32,575 nt of DNA from contig JBDHAB010000035.1 in assembly GCA_039588295.1 (NCBI GenBank), positions 1 to 32,575 on the forward strand, written 5' to 3'. The DNA is from Gemmatimonadota bacterium (GTDB lineage Bacteria; Gemmatimonadota; Gemmatimonadetes; Gemmatimonadales; GWC2-71-9). A program made the translations under genes and the position numbers. Below are positions 1 to 9,281 of the stretch, piece by piece. The number at the start of each line of letters is the position of its first letter. The stretch's first letter is position 1. Under the pieces are notes generated by a model. It was not told the DNA's origin. It made no database searches and worked only from the letters and a program-made list of their open reading frames with translations.

Positions 1-2392
1 GATGCTATAGTTGTACCCCTCTGACGTGTTGTCGATGACGTAGATCCCAGCCTGGCCGTCAGGGTTCAGCTCACAGAAGCAGTTGAACGTGGCAACATCG
101 AAACCACCGTAATACGGCCGGCCGTCAGGTGCCGGCAGGTTGCCCACCGGGGCTACCAGATCGGCGTTCCGCATGAAGACGGCGTTGATGTCCTTCCCGT
201 AAATGAACTCGAGAGTCCCTAGAACGTCGCCGGGCAGCCGGGAATCGATGGCAATGTCCGTGGTCCACAGCTGTGGCAGCTTGAAGTCCGGAGCCATCGC
301 GTTCAAGTCGAACGACTGCTGCAGAATGGCGTCGTCCGACGTGGGAATCTGCTCCACGCCTTCATTCGAGAACGGCGCCCACAGGTTGGGGTTCGCACCC
401 GGGTTCGAGATCACGTTCCCGACCCAGACCATCGGTACCCGACCGGTGAAGATCCCAGTGCCCCCTCGGATTTGCGTGCTGCGGTCACCGGTCACGTCAT
501 AGTTGAATCCCAAGCGCGGTGAGAACATGGGCGTGATGCCGGGCAAACTGGCCTGGTCGACCGTCTCTGAATTGCCGTTCTCGTCCAGCGCGATCAATGA
601 CGTGGAAAACGGATTCGCAACCGGGTCGGTGAAGTAGGTCGGGAAGTCGACCCGCACACCGGCCGTGAGGTTGAACTGGTCCGTCAGCGCCACCTCGTCC
701 TGCAGGTAGACGCCGAACTGGCCGAGGCTGATCTTCTCACCCTTGAACGGCGCCGTCGACGGCGTAACAAACGAACTGAAATCGACCTGATTCGGGTTGC
801 CCGGATCCGTCGCACCGAAGAACTCGGCCAGCGTCGCGAACGTCGTTCCGCCGAATCCTGTCGGGTTGTGCGGCAGGAAGAACACGCCATGCCGGAAGAT
901 GTTGAACGAATTGAAGAACGAGAAATACTCGAAGTTCGCCCCAATCGTCAGGACGTGTCGACCCGTGAAGTAGCTGAAGTTGTCGGTAACCTGCCAGACA
1001 TCCGTATCGAGAATGTTGTGAATCGAGAACGGCTCGTGTCCCAGAGTCGTGTACGTCACACCGCCCTCGCCGATCTCGACGGTCGGGAAGTCGGCGCTGA
1101 ACGGTTCTCGGAAGTCACGGAAGCGGTTGTAGCTGGCGAAGAACCGGTTGGCGAAGCCGCTGGACAGGCTGTTGAGCTCCAGCGCAAACGAGTGGATCTC
1201 GTTGTTGATCGCATACCCGGCATTTTGAAACGGCAGGCTGCTCGAATTCGGCCCCCGGCCGCTATTGGCAAAGCTCAACACGAACGGGTGGGGTGGCAAA
1301 TCGCGCTTCGCATCCAAGTAGTTGTACCGCAGCCAGAAGTTATTGTTGTCGTTGATGTTCCAGTCCAACTTCGCGAGTACCTTGTTGTTGTCCGTCTGGT
1401 GAACGAATCCCTGATACGCCCCGGGGTCGTAGTTGTATTCCTGCATCATGCGATCGCGGATCTGATCCATCACTGCGGCGTCTACCCGTGAGATCCCGAG
1501 ACCGGATGAGCCGCCGCTGCTGGCCACGAAATTCGTCCCCGGGTCGTCCGTCCGCTCGATCTCCGCATTGACGAAGAAGAAGAGCTTGTCCGGGATGATG
1601 GGCCCGCTGAGGCTGGCGCCTGACTGCAAGAAGGTGAGATCGGGATTGGCGATGACCTGCTCCCCACTCACCTTATTGCCCTGGAACTCCTGGTTGCGGT
1701 AAAACGTGCGGAGCAATCGAGACCTGCACCTGCTCCACCGCATCGTACGGCACCGGCTCGGCATTGGTCTGCCCGCCCGGGGCCGGGTCGTCCAGGCCAA
1801 ACGAGTTGTTGAAGTAGGACCCATCCAGCGAGATGTTGTTGTACAGCCAATTCCTCCCGCCGAACGCATAGTTGCCGTCGTTCCGCGGATCCGTGCGGAT
1901 GAGGTCGCGGATACTCCGCTTGACGGACGGCAGCAACTCTACCTGGTCCGGGGTGATGAAGGTCGCCGCCCCGCTTCGGTCCGCGTTGAGGATCTCGTTT
2001 TCCTCGGCCGTCACTTCGATGGCCGTCAGGCGGATGGCCTGCGGCGTCAACAGGAAGTCCAGTCGAAGGTCCTGCCCAAGGCTCACGAAGATGTTTTGCT
2101 CTTCCTGTTGCGCATAGCCAATGAGCTGGGCCGTCACCGTGTACGGCCCACCGACACGCATGTTGGGAAGGTTGTACACCCCCCCGGACCGCACCACGGT
2201 CTGGTAGCGGGTGTTGCTTGGCACATGGACCGCTACCACCACTGCCTGGGGAAGTGGAGTCCCCAAGGTATCCGTGACGATCCCACTCATGGCCCCCGTC
2301 GTGACGCCTTGCGCGTTGAGCGCGGTTGCGGTACTTGCCATGAATGCCACCGCCAGAAGCGTCACCGCGAGCAATCGACGAGTCATGGTCAT
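1..2392 (-). pseudogene. Oar-like TonB-dependent receptor with N-terminal carboxypeptidase-regulatory-like domain; frameshifted near 1708; 3' end runs off the window
   Basis: ATG at 2392 after AAAGGAG. Signal peptide MTMTRRLLAVTLLAVAF..ALNA, then GAMSGIVTD..G.PL..A.V and plug motifs (YNNISLDGSYFNNSFGL, PYDAVEQVQVSIAP). This frame stops at 1673. A +1 frame from 1707 reads TFYRNQEFQGNKV..GASLSGPIIPDKLFFFVNAEIER, and the same frame is still coding-like at base 1 (..IYVIDNTSEGYNYSI). Could be an assembly artefact rather than a true pseudogene. Confidence 0.85.
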
Positions 2393-2664
2393 CCATGCTC
2401 CTTTCCGGCGAGATGGAAACGGGACGTTTCTCACCTCAGACCATATGAGGTTCTCTCTGAAGCCCGCACCTGGCGCAGAGCGCCCCCGGGCCCAATGGCC
2501 ACAAGCTAACCGCCGTCCAGCCGCGCGCCAGTGAGACCCCCGTTCCAGCTGTGGCCCCCTCCCAGGGCGCCCCGCTGACGAGTGGCACCAGCCCATGCAC
2601 CCGGGCTATCCTAGGGTGGGCGCTACTAGCTTCTGGTAGTGCGGTCCTTCGGGCTCGAGGTGCT

Positions 2665-3336
2665 GTGACCGGACATGTACGAGTCAAAATCTGTTGTATC
2701 GCCTCCGTTGAAGAGGCGCGGCTCGCCGTACGCCACGGGGCCGCAGCCCTCGGATTGGTTTCGGCAATGCCGAGCGGCCCCGGAGTGATTTCCGAGGAGC
2801 TCATCGCACGCATTGCCGGTTCGGTCCCACCCCCAATCGGGACCTTTCTACTCACCAGCAACCAGGACCCCGCCGAGATCATCCGTCAGCAGCACCGGTG
2901 CGGCGTCAACACCATTCAGCTGTGCGACCATCTCCCCGCCAACGGCCATCGCAAGTTACGAAGATCGTTGCCCGGCATCTCGCTGGTGCAAGTGGTGCAC
3001 GTGGCGGGGGACCACGGGATCGACGAGGCCCTGGAGGTCGCACCGCACGTGGACGCGTTGTTACTCGATTCGGGGAACCAGGCGCTCACGGTCAAGGAAC
3101 TGGGTGGTACCGGCCGAACGCATGACTGGGACGTCAGCGCGCGGATCGTGTCGCGGGTCCCCGTCCCCGTGTTTCTCGCTGGCGGGTTGAACGCTGAGAA
3201 CGTCAGGTCCGCAATCGAGACCGTCCGGCCGTTCGGCGTGGATCTCTGCAGCGGTATCCGTACGAATGGCATGTTGGACGAGCGGAAGTTGCAGGAGTTC
3301 ATGGCGGCGGTGGCGGCCGCCGAGCGCACGACCTGA
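2665..3336 (+). CDS. trpF: phosphoribosylanthranilate isomerase (TrpF family), stand-alone
   Basis: GTG after GAGG. Motifs VKICCI, ALGLV, IQL, ALLLDSG, GGTGRTHDW, FLAGGLNAENV, RPFGVDLCSG. Confidence 0.85.
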   Translation: MTGHVRVKICCIASVEEARLAVRHGAAALGLVSAMPSGPGVISEELIARIAGSVPPPIGTFLLTSNQDPAEIIRQQHRCGVNTIQLCDHLPANGHRKLRRSLPGISLVQVVHVAGDHGIDEALEVAPHVDALLLDSGNQALTVKELGGTGRTHDWDVSARIVSRVPVPVFLAGGLNAENVRSAIETVRPFGVDLCSGIRTNGMLDERKLQEFMAAVAAAERTT

Positions 3337-3459
3337 TCCCAACCACCTTCTCTCCGCCTCGGGCAACTGCCACAAGACCGCACACTGGCACCGCACCGCA
3401 TCGCGGTACATCTTTCCCTCGCCGTTGTATCCGAAACACCGTAACCCTGGAAGGAACTC

Positions 3460-5358
3460 ATGCGCACACACCGTCCGCATCCCTTGATCTTGCTACTCGC
3501 CGTCGCCGTCGCCGGCTGCAGTATCGACACCGTGCGTCAGGTACGGCAGTACACCATCGAGGATTTCTACGAGAACGATCGCTTTTTCGGATCCTCGTTC
3601 TCACACGACAACTCCCGGCTACTCGTCACATCCAACCTGACCGGGGTGTTCAACGCGTACGCAATTCCTGTGGGTCGTGGCTCACCGGAGCCGCTCACGG
3701 AATCGACCACTGACGCCGTATTTGCCATCTCGTTCTTTCCCGACGACGACCGAATCCTGTACTCGCAGGATGAGGGCGGCAACGAGCTCAACCATCTGTT
3801 CGTACGGAACCCCGACGGCACGACACAGGATCTCACACCCGGCGAGGGCCTGAAGGCCTCGTTCGCCGGTTGGGCGCACGACGAGCAGTCCTTCTTCGTC
3901 GAGACCAACGAACGCGACCAACGCTTCTTCGACCTGTACGAGTATCAGGTCGACGGGTATGCGCGCACGCTCGTGTACGAGAACACCGACGGGTACGGCA
4001 TCGGCTCAATGTCGCGTGACGAGCGCTACCTCACGCTCGTCAAGCCGTACACGACCTCCGATTCCGACATCTTCCTCCACGACCGCGAAACGAACACGAC
4101 CAGGAACATCACGGAGCACTCAGGAAGCGTCTCCAACTCGCCGTCCGATTTCACACCGGATGGCTCTGCGCTGCTCTACACGACCAACGAGGAAGGTGAG
4201 TTTACGGCGCTGAAACGCTATGACCTGGCAACGGGCGAGCGGACTTCCGTCATGGAGACCGAGTGGGACATCCTCGGCGGCGCTTACACGCACAGCGGTC
4301 GCTACCTCCGCGTGTGGACGAACGAGGAGGCACGAGTCATCACTCGCGTCTACGACGCCGAGAGCCTGGAAGAGACAGCGCTCAGTGGGCTCCCCGAGGG
4401 AATCGTCCGTGGCATGCAGTTCTCCAAGGACGACTCGTACGTTGCGTTCTACAGCTCGGATGGCAGCACGCCCGACGACCTCTGGGCCGGTCCAATGGAC
4501 GGAACTCCCCAGCGTTTGACGGACGGTCTCAGTGCCACGATCGCGCGCGAGAACCTCGTGGCACCCGAGCACGTGTGGTTTACGTCGTACGACGGCGTGG
4601 AAGTTCCCGGGCTGTTGTACAAGCCACACCAGGTGTCCTCGAACGCCCCGGCGCCGGCGCTCGTGATGGTGCACGGCGGGCCGGGCGGCCAGGCAACGTT
4701 CGGCTACTCCGCGCTCAAGCAGGCGCTGGTGAACCACGGCTATGTGGTGTTCGACATCAACAACCGCGGCAGCTCCGGCTACGGCAAGACGTTCAACAAG
4801 ATGGACGATCAACAGCACGGGGAAGCCGATCTGGGCGATGTCGTGGCGAGCAAGCAGATGCTGATCGAGACCGGCTACGTGGATCCCGACCGGATCGGCA
4901 TCATCGGTGGCAGCTACGGCGGGTATATGGTGCTCGCGGCCCTCACGTTGCAGCCCGACGAATTCGCCGTGGGCGTCGACCTGTTCGGGATCTCCAATTG
5001 GCTCCGCACGCTGAATAGCATCCCGCCCTGGTGGGAGTCGTTCCGCGAGGCGTTGTACGAAGAGATGGGTGACCCGGCGACCGACTCCGTGCGCCTGCAC
5101 CGGATCTCGCCGCTGTTCAACGCCGAACAGATCCGGGCCCCGCTCATGGTGCTCCAGGGAGCCAACGACCCGCGGGTGCTCCAAGTTGAATCAGACGAGA
5201 TCGTGGCTGCCGCGCGGGCGAACGGTGTCCCCGTCGAGTACGTCGTCTTTGCCGACGAAGGGCATGGGTTCGTGAAGAAGGAGAACGAGATTCAGGGATA
5301 CACGGCGGCACTCGCGTTTCTCGACGAGCATCTCAGAGGCACGATAACGCCCGAGTAG
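3460..5358 (+). CDS. S9 family peptidase (acylaminoacyl/dipeptidyl-peptidase type), probable lipoprotein
   Basis: Lipobox VAVAGC, propeller-like N-terminal repeats, VHGGPG, N.RGSSGYG, nucleophile GGSYGG, QGANDPRV (Asp), DEGHGF (His). Confidence 0.95.
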   Translation: MRTHRPHPLILLLAVAVAGCSIDTVRQVRQYTIEDFYENDRFFGSSFSHDNSRLLVTSNLTGVFNAYAIPVGRGSPEPLTESTTDAVFAISFFPDDDRILYSQDEGGNELNHLFVRNPDGTTQDLTPGEGLKASFAGWAHDEQSFFVETNERDQRFFDLYEYQVDGYARTLVYENTDGYGIGSMSRDERYLTLVKPYTTSDSDIFLHDRETNTTRNITEHSGSVSNSPSDFTPDGSALLYTTNEEGEFTALKRYDLATGERTSVMETEWDILGGAYTHSGRYLRVWTNEEARVITRVYDAESLEETALSGLPEGIVRGMQFSKDDSYVAFYSSDGSTPDDLWAGPMDGTPQRLTDGLSATIARENLVAPEHVWFTSYDGVEVPGLLYKPHQVSSNAPAPALVMVHGGPGGQATFGYSALKQALVNHGYVVFDINNRGSSGYGKTFNKMDDQQHGEADLGDVVASKQMLIETGYVDPDRIGIIGGSYGGYMVLAALTLQPDEFAVGVDLFGISNWLRTLNSIPPWWESFREALYEEMGDPATDSVRLHRISPLFNAEQIRAPLMVLQGANDPRVLQVESDEIVAAARANGVPVEYVVFADEGHGFVKKENEIQGYTAALAFLDEHLRGTITPE

Positions 5359-5387
5359 TGGACCGTTACGACCCGACGTGATAGCAC

Positions 5388-5419
5388 AGCCCCGCCGTCG
5401 ACCGTTTGACGGCGGGGCT
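5388..5419. terminator. probable bidirectional intrinsic terminator
   Basis: 12-bp perfect stem AGCCCCGCCGTC / GACGGCGGGGCT with an 8-nt loop between convergent genes. U-tails are weak. Confidence 0.7.
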
Positions 5420-5438
5420 TCCTTCCAACCACTGCTGT

Positions 5439-6257
5439 CTAGCGTTTCAATGTGGTCGTCTGCTCGCCCGTGTAGTCCAGCGGCAGCGTCAACCCCATGC
5501 TCACGATGGTGACGTCGCCGCTCAGATTCTGAGTTACATCTAGTGCGAGCATCACGCCGCGTTCGGCATCCCAGAGGCATCGAATGGTCTCCGGGCCCGT
5601 TACCAGGAACTCCAGCTCACCCACCGGGCTCCCCGGCGGTGTGCCGCTTCCAGTCACCCGAGCCTCACCCTGGACCACGATCACCTTCGCGGCAATGCCG
5701 TTCCACGTCGTGTCTCCCACGACCCGACCGGAGCCCTCGAGAAGCGTCGTGATGGTGAAACCCATGTCCCACGTGGTCTCACGCCGAACCGGCCATGACT
5801 CCGCCCCCTCCGAGCCGGCCGGCGGCATCGGACTCATGAGCTCGGCCAGAAACGCCCTCGGGTCGAACACCGCCCGCAGTGCCGTCGGCGTCTCGGGGCC
5901 ATCGGTCACGCGGATCGTGCCATTTCGCATCAACAATCCGGAGAATGGCTCCCCGATGAGAGCACCGCCTTCGTAGCTGCCCCGGTCGCTCGAGTATCCC
6001 TCGAGCGATTCGTACACCGCGGACACCTGCAGGCCGTCGGGCTCCGCTTGGCCAACGGTCACCACTACCGTTGCAGAAGTCCGGCCGGTTGACTCCTCTG
6101 CCCCGTCGGGCGTCTCGACCGAGCTGGTCTCGTTCGTGCGCACCTCGTATCGCAGAGGTCCCGCGGTCGGCTGGAACTCAAAGGACGGTCGCGCCGCACC
6201 CGAGGCGCAGGCCGTCGCGAGCGCCGCCGTCAGAACCGAAAGTCGATGGAGCCGCAT
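5439..6257 (-). CDS. hypothetical lipoprotein
   Basis: 272-aa ORF with RBS GAGGGGGG. Signal MRLHRLSVLTAALATAC ends in a lipobox Cys. Mature part is beta-rich. Confidence 0.8.
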   Translation of the reverse strand: MRLHRLSVLTAALATACASGAARPSFEFQPTAGPLRYEVRTNETSSVETPDGAEESTGRTSATVVVTVGQAEPDGLQVSAVYESLEGYSSDRGSYEGGALIGEPFSGLLMRNGTIRVTDGPETPTALRAVFDPRAFLAELMSPMPPAGSEGAESWPVRRETTWDMGFTITTLLEGSGRVVGDTTWNGIAAKVIVVQGEARVTGSGTPPGSPVGELEFLVTGPETIRCLWDAERGVMLALDVTQNLSGDVTIVSMGLTLPLDYTGEQTTTLKR

Positions 6258-6335
6258 GGATTTCCCCCCTCAATGCTTGGTGGCATCCTGAAATCGAGCA
6301 CGGATGAAGGATAACGGGGGGCACCGGCCGCCGGA

Positions 6336-8594
6336 TCAGACAAGCTTCATCCTGCTCAGGAGCTGCTCGAACCGGGCCTCCTGCCGAATTGGATCGAACA
6401 GCGGTTCCACTTTGAGATACGTGAGCCAACCGCGGCGCTCGCGGTAGGCCTCCTCCAGCCAGTGGAACGCCCGGTCCGCATCGCGGAGACCCACGTAGAG
6501 TGTGACAAACGCTACCGGCGACACGTAGTGCTGTCTCGCCCGCGCTTGGAGCTCGAGGAGCAGCTGGACGGCCTCGGCCTCCCGACCACGCAACGCTTCC
6601 AGGTATCCCAGCGCGGCACGTGCGTACACGGATTCGGGCGAGAGCGCCAACGCTTCGCGCACGGACTGGGCCGCGTCGTCGTACGAGCCCTTCTGCATCT
6701 GTGCGAGCGCCAGCACACGGTGGTTCTCTGGAGATGTCGGGTCCATGACGACAGCGCGCCGCAGGTGCATCACTGCCGTATCGGGTTGATGCGCGTAGTA
6801 GTGCAGCCAGCCGACGCCACGCCGGATTGCGACCGAGACCGGATCGAGTTCCATGGCGACGTGCCCTTCCGCCAGGGCCTCGTCCAGTCGACCCACTGCC
6901 GCCAACAGCCAGGCGTACCACTGGTGTGCGGTGGCGTAGTCCGGGTTGAGCGCGATCGCCCTGCCGAACTCGCGCGACGCACTCTCCCAGTCCCAGTCAT
7001 AAATGAACGTCACCCAGCCGAGCGAGGTATGTGCTTCGGCGAGTGAGTCGTCCAGCTCCAAGGCCTTGCGTGCCTCGGCCTTCGCGCGCTCCATGCCTTG
7101 CGCGACCGGAAGGCCGCGGTAATCGGTCTGCAACGCGTGGCAGTCGGCCAACCCCGAATATGCCAGAGGGTACTCGGGATCCTCTGCAATGGCCGCTTCG
7201 AAGTGCCTGATCGCCTCCGCAATGCCTTCCGGGCTCCGCCGGTTCCAGTGATACCGGCCTTTCAGGTAGAGGCCGTATGCCCGGACGTTCTCCGTGTACC
7301 GCCGAGGCGGCGGCTCGCCAATATCCCGCAGCACCGTGCGCCGCAGGGTGCTCACGATGGTCTGGGCAATCTCATCCTGGATCGCAAAGACATCCTGCAC
7401 TTCACGATCGTACCGCTCGGACCAGAGCAGCCGCCCGTTTGCGACGTCCGTGAGCTGTGCGGCAACCCGAAGTCGGTCTCCCGCGATCCTCACGGTTCCC
7501 TCGAGCACCACAGAGACATCCAGAAGTGCCCCGATCGCCCGCACATCCCGTTGCTCCCCTTTGAGCGCAAAGACAGAGGTGCGCGAAACGACTCGAAGTC
7601 CCGCCACCTTCGCGAGCGCGTTGATGAGCTCGTCCGTGATGCCGTCACTCAAGTACTCGGTATCCGGATGCGGGCTAACGTTGGCGAAGGGGAGGACCGC
7701 GATCGTACGACTATCGCTCCCCGTCCGGTCGAGTCGCCGTCGACTTGGGGTCGGCTGCGACAGTGCCAGCTCGAGTGCCTCGCCGAACGCAGCCGTCGTC
7801 GCGAACCGATCCGCTGGGTCCTTTGCGAGCCCCCTGACGATCACATCCTCCAGCGCCTCGGAGACCTCTCCGCGAAGCGGACGCACCCGCGGCACCGGTC
7901 CGATGGCATGCAACACCATGGTCTTGCGCGCGTTGCCGCCCGCAAAGGGAGGCTGACCTGTCACCATCTCGTACAGCACGCACGCGAGGCCATAGAGATC
8001 GCTCCGGCCGTCCAGATCGTCGTCAGCGCTCGCCTGTTCCGGGCTCATGTATGCCGGAGTTCCCACGGCGAGCCCCGCCAGCGTCAAGTCATCGCAACAT
8101 TCCGTGATCGCCCGGGCAACCCCGAAGTCGGCCACCAAAGGCTGACCTTCGTGCAGGAAGATGTTCCCCGGCTTGATGTCGCGGTGAAGCACATCGCGCC
8201 GGTGCGCGTAATCCAGGCCGGTGGCAACCGCCGTGGCGATGCGAACGGCCTCCTTGATCGGCAGCCGCGCGTCGCGACTCAGGCGATCGCGCAACGTACC
8301 GGCTTCCACATACGGCATGACGTAGAACAACAAGCCGTCACACTCGTCCGAGTCGTGAAGCGGCAAGATGTTCGGGTGGATCAGGCCGGCCACCGTCCGG
8401 ATCTCCCGGAGAAACCGCTCGGGATGGTAACCATACGAAACCAAGTCGGGACGCAGGAGCTTGATCGCTACGTGCCGATCGTGCTTGACGTCCCGAGCTA
8501 GATACACCGTGGCCATCCCGCCTCGGCCGAGTTCCCGCTCGACGGCGTATCGCTGTGCGAGAGCAGCTTGGAGCCGCTCCAAGAGTCCGGACAT
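6336..8594 (-). CDS. Hanks-type Ser/Thr protein kinase with TolB-N-like domain and C-terminal TPRs
   Basis: GRGGMATVY, VAIK, HRDIKPGN, DFG, GTPAYMSPEQ, then IAVLPFAN..YLSDGITDELI and TPR repeats ending ..LKVEPLFDPIRQEARF. Confidence 0.95.
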   Translation of the reverse strand: MSGLLERLQAALAQRYAVERELGRGGMATVYLARDVKHDRHVAIKLLRPDLVSYGYHPERFLREIRTVAGLIHPNILPLHDSDECDGLLFYVMPYVEAGTLRDRLSRDARLPIKEAVRIATAVATGLDYAHRRDVLHRDIKPGNIFLHEGQPLVADFGVARAITECCDDLTLAGLAVGTPAYMSPEQASADDDLDGRSDLYGLACVLYEMVTGQPPFAGGNARKTMVLHAIGPVPRVRPLRGEVSEALEDVIVRGLAKDPADRFATTAAFGEALELALSQPTPSRRRLDRTGSDSRTIAVLPFANVSPHPDTEYLSDGITDELINALAKVAGLRVVSRTSVFALKGEQRDVRAIGALLDVSVVLEGTVRIAGDRLRVAAQLTDVANGRLLWSERYDREVQDVFAIQDEIAQTIVSTLRRTVLRDIGEPPPRRYTENVRAYGLYLKGRYHWNRRSPEGIAEAIRHFEAAIAEDPEYPLAYSGLADCHALQTDYRGLPVAQGMERAKAEARKALELDDSLAEAHTSLGWVTFIYDWDWESASREFGRAIALNPDYATAHQWYAWLLAAVGRLDEALAEGHVAMELDPVSVAIRRGVGWLHYYAHQPDTAVMHLRRAVVMDPTSPENHRVLALAQMQKGSYDDAAQSVREALALSPESVYARAALGYLEALRGREAEAVQLLLELQARARQHYVSPVAFVTLYVGLRDADRAFHWLEEAYRERRGWLTYLKVEPLFDPIRQEARFEQLLSRMKLV

Positions 8595-8645
8595 GGCAAC
8601 TTGAATAATGGGGCAAGTCCCGTGGCGTGGCGAGCACGCGGGAAC

Positions 8646-8725
8646 TAGGTAGTGGATGGTAGGTCGGAGGTGTTAGGTGATAAGGGTCTCCGCGACTGCA
8701 CCCACCACCTAACACCTCCGACCTA
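8646..8725. repeat. heptamer-periodic palindromic element with a 20-bp perfect inverted repeat
   Basis: TAGGTCGGAGGTGTTAGGTG (8660-8679) and its exact reverse complement (8706-8725), 26-nt spacer. Left side parses as TAGGTAG TGGATGG TAGGTCG GAGGTGT TAGGTGA. Confidence 0.85.
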
Positions 8726-8734
8726 GGGCCTACT

Positions 8735-9151
8735 TCACTTCGCTCCCAGCACCCTTGCGGCGCGGCCGTACTGGTTTGGCCTCACCCAGAGGATCATCCC
8801 GTAGCGGCCCTTGCCGGCGGCCACTGCATCCGCTGCGGTGATGTTGATCTTCTTGTCCGCCAGTTTGTTGATGTGGCGATGCACGGCGCCGATCTGATCG
8901 CTGCCCGTGACGAGGAATCCCTTCTTCGCCTTGCTCAGTCGCCACCCGTTCTGCCGCGCAACCCGACGGAGCGCTCCCATGTCTTCCGGGATGAAGTCGA
9001 GCTGTGCTTTCCCCCGGCCGATCGGGAATCCCGAGTATGCGATGAGGTTGACTCCCTCCTCCCGGAGCTGGCCGAGTACCTTCTCACCCTGTCCGGCGCG
9101 GTTCGGGACCTTCATGTAACAGTAGCCCACCTTCTTCACGCGATCCGCCAT
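8735..9151 (-). CDS. small ACT-domain-like protein
   Basis: RBS CAGGAGG. Two ACT-like halves: VPNRAGQG..VL..L.EEGVNL and GSDQIGAV..HI..LADKKINI. Confidence 0.75.
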   Translation of the reverse strand: MADRVKKVGYCYMKVPNRAGQGEKVLGQLREEGVNLIAYSGFPIGRGKAQLDFIPEDMGALRRVARQNGWRLSKAKKGFLVTGSDQIGAVHRHINKLADKKINITAADAVAAGKGRYGMILWVRPNQYGRAARVLGAK

Positions 9152-9281
9152 GAATGACCTCCTGTTGGAGAACGGGCCGGCTCGTTATGCACCAACGTTC
9201 ACCCGAGCGGTAGCTGACGCAAGTGAGGCCGCCCTCCGGGAGCATAGACAGGACCCCGTCGCGGCGTATCTTCCACCACCC

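Noticed and set aside
1700..1712. Programmed ribosomal frameshift in the TonB receptor
   Set aside because: A conserved block of the plug is missing, so frameshifting would not restore a normal protein. Deletion or assembly error fits better.
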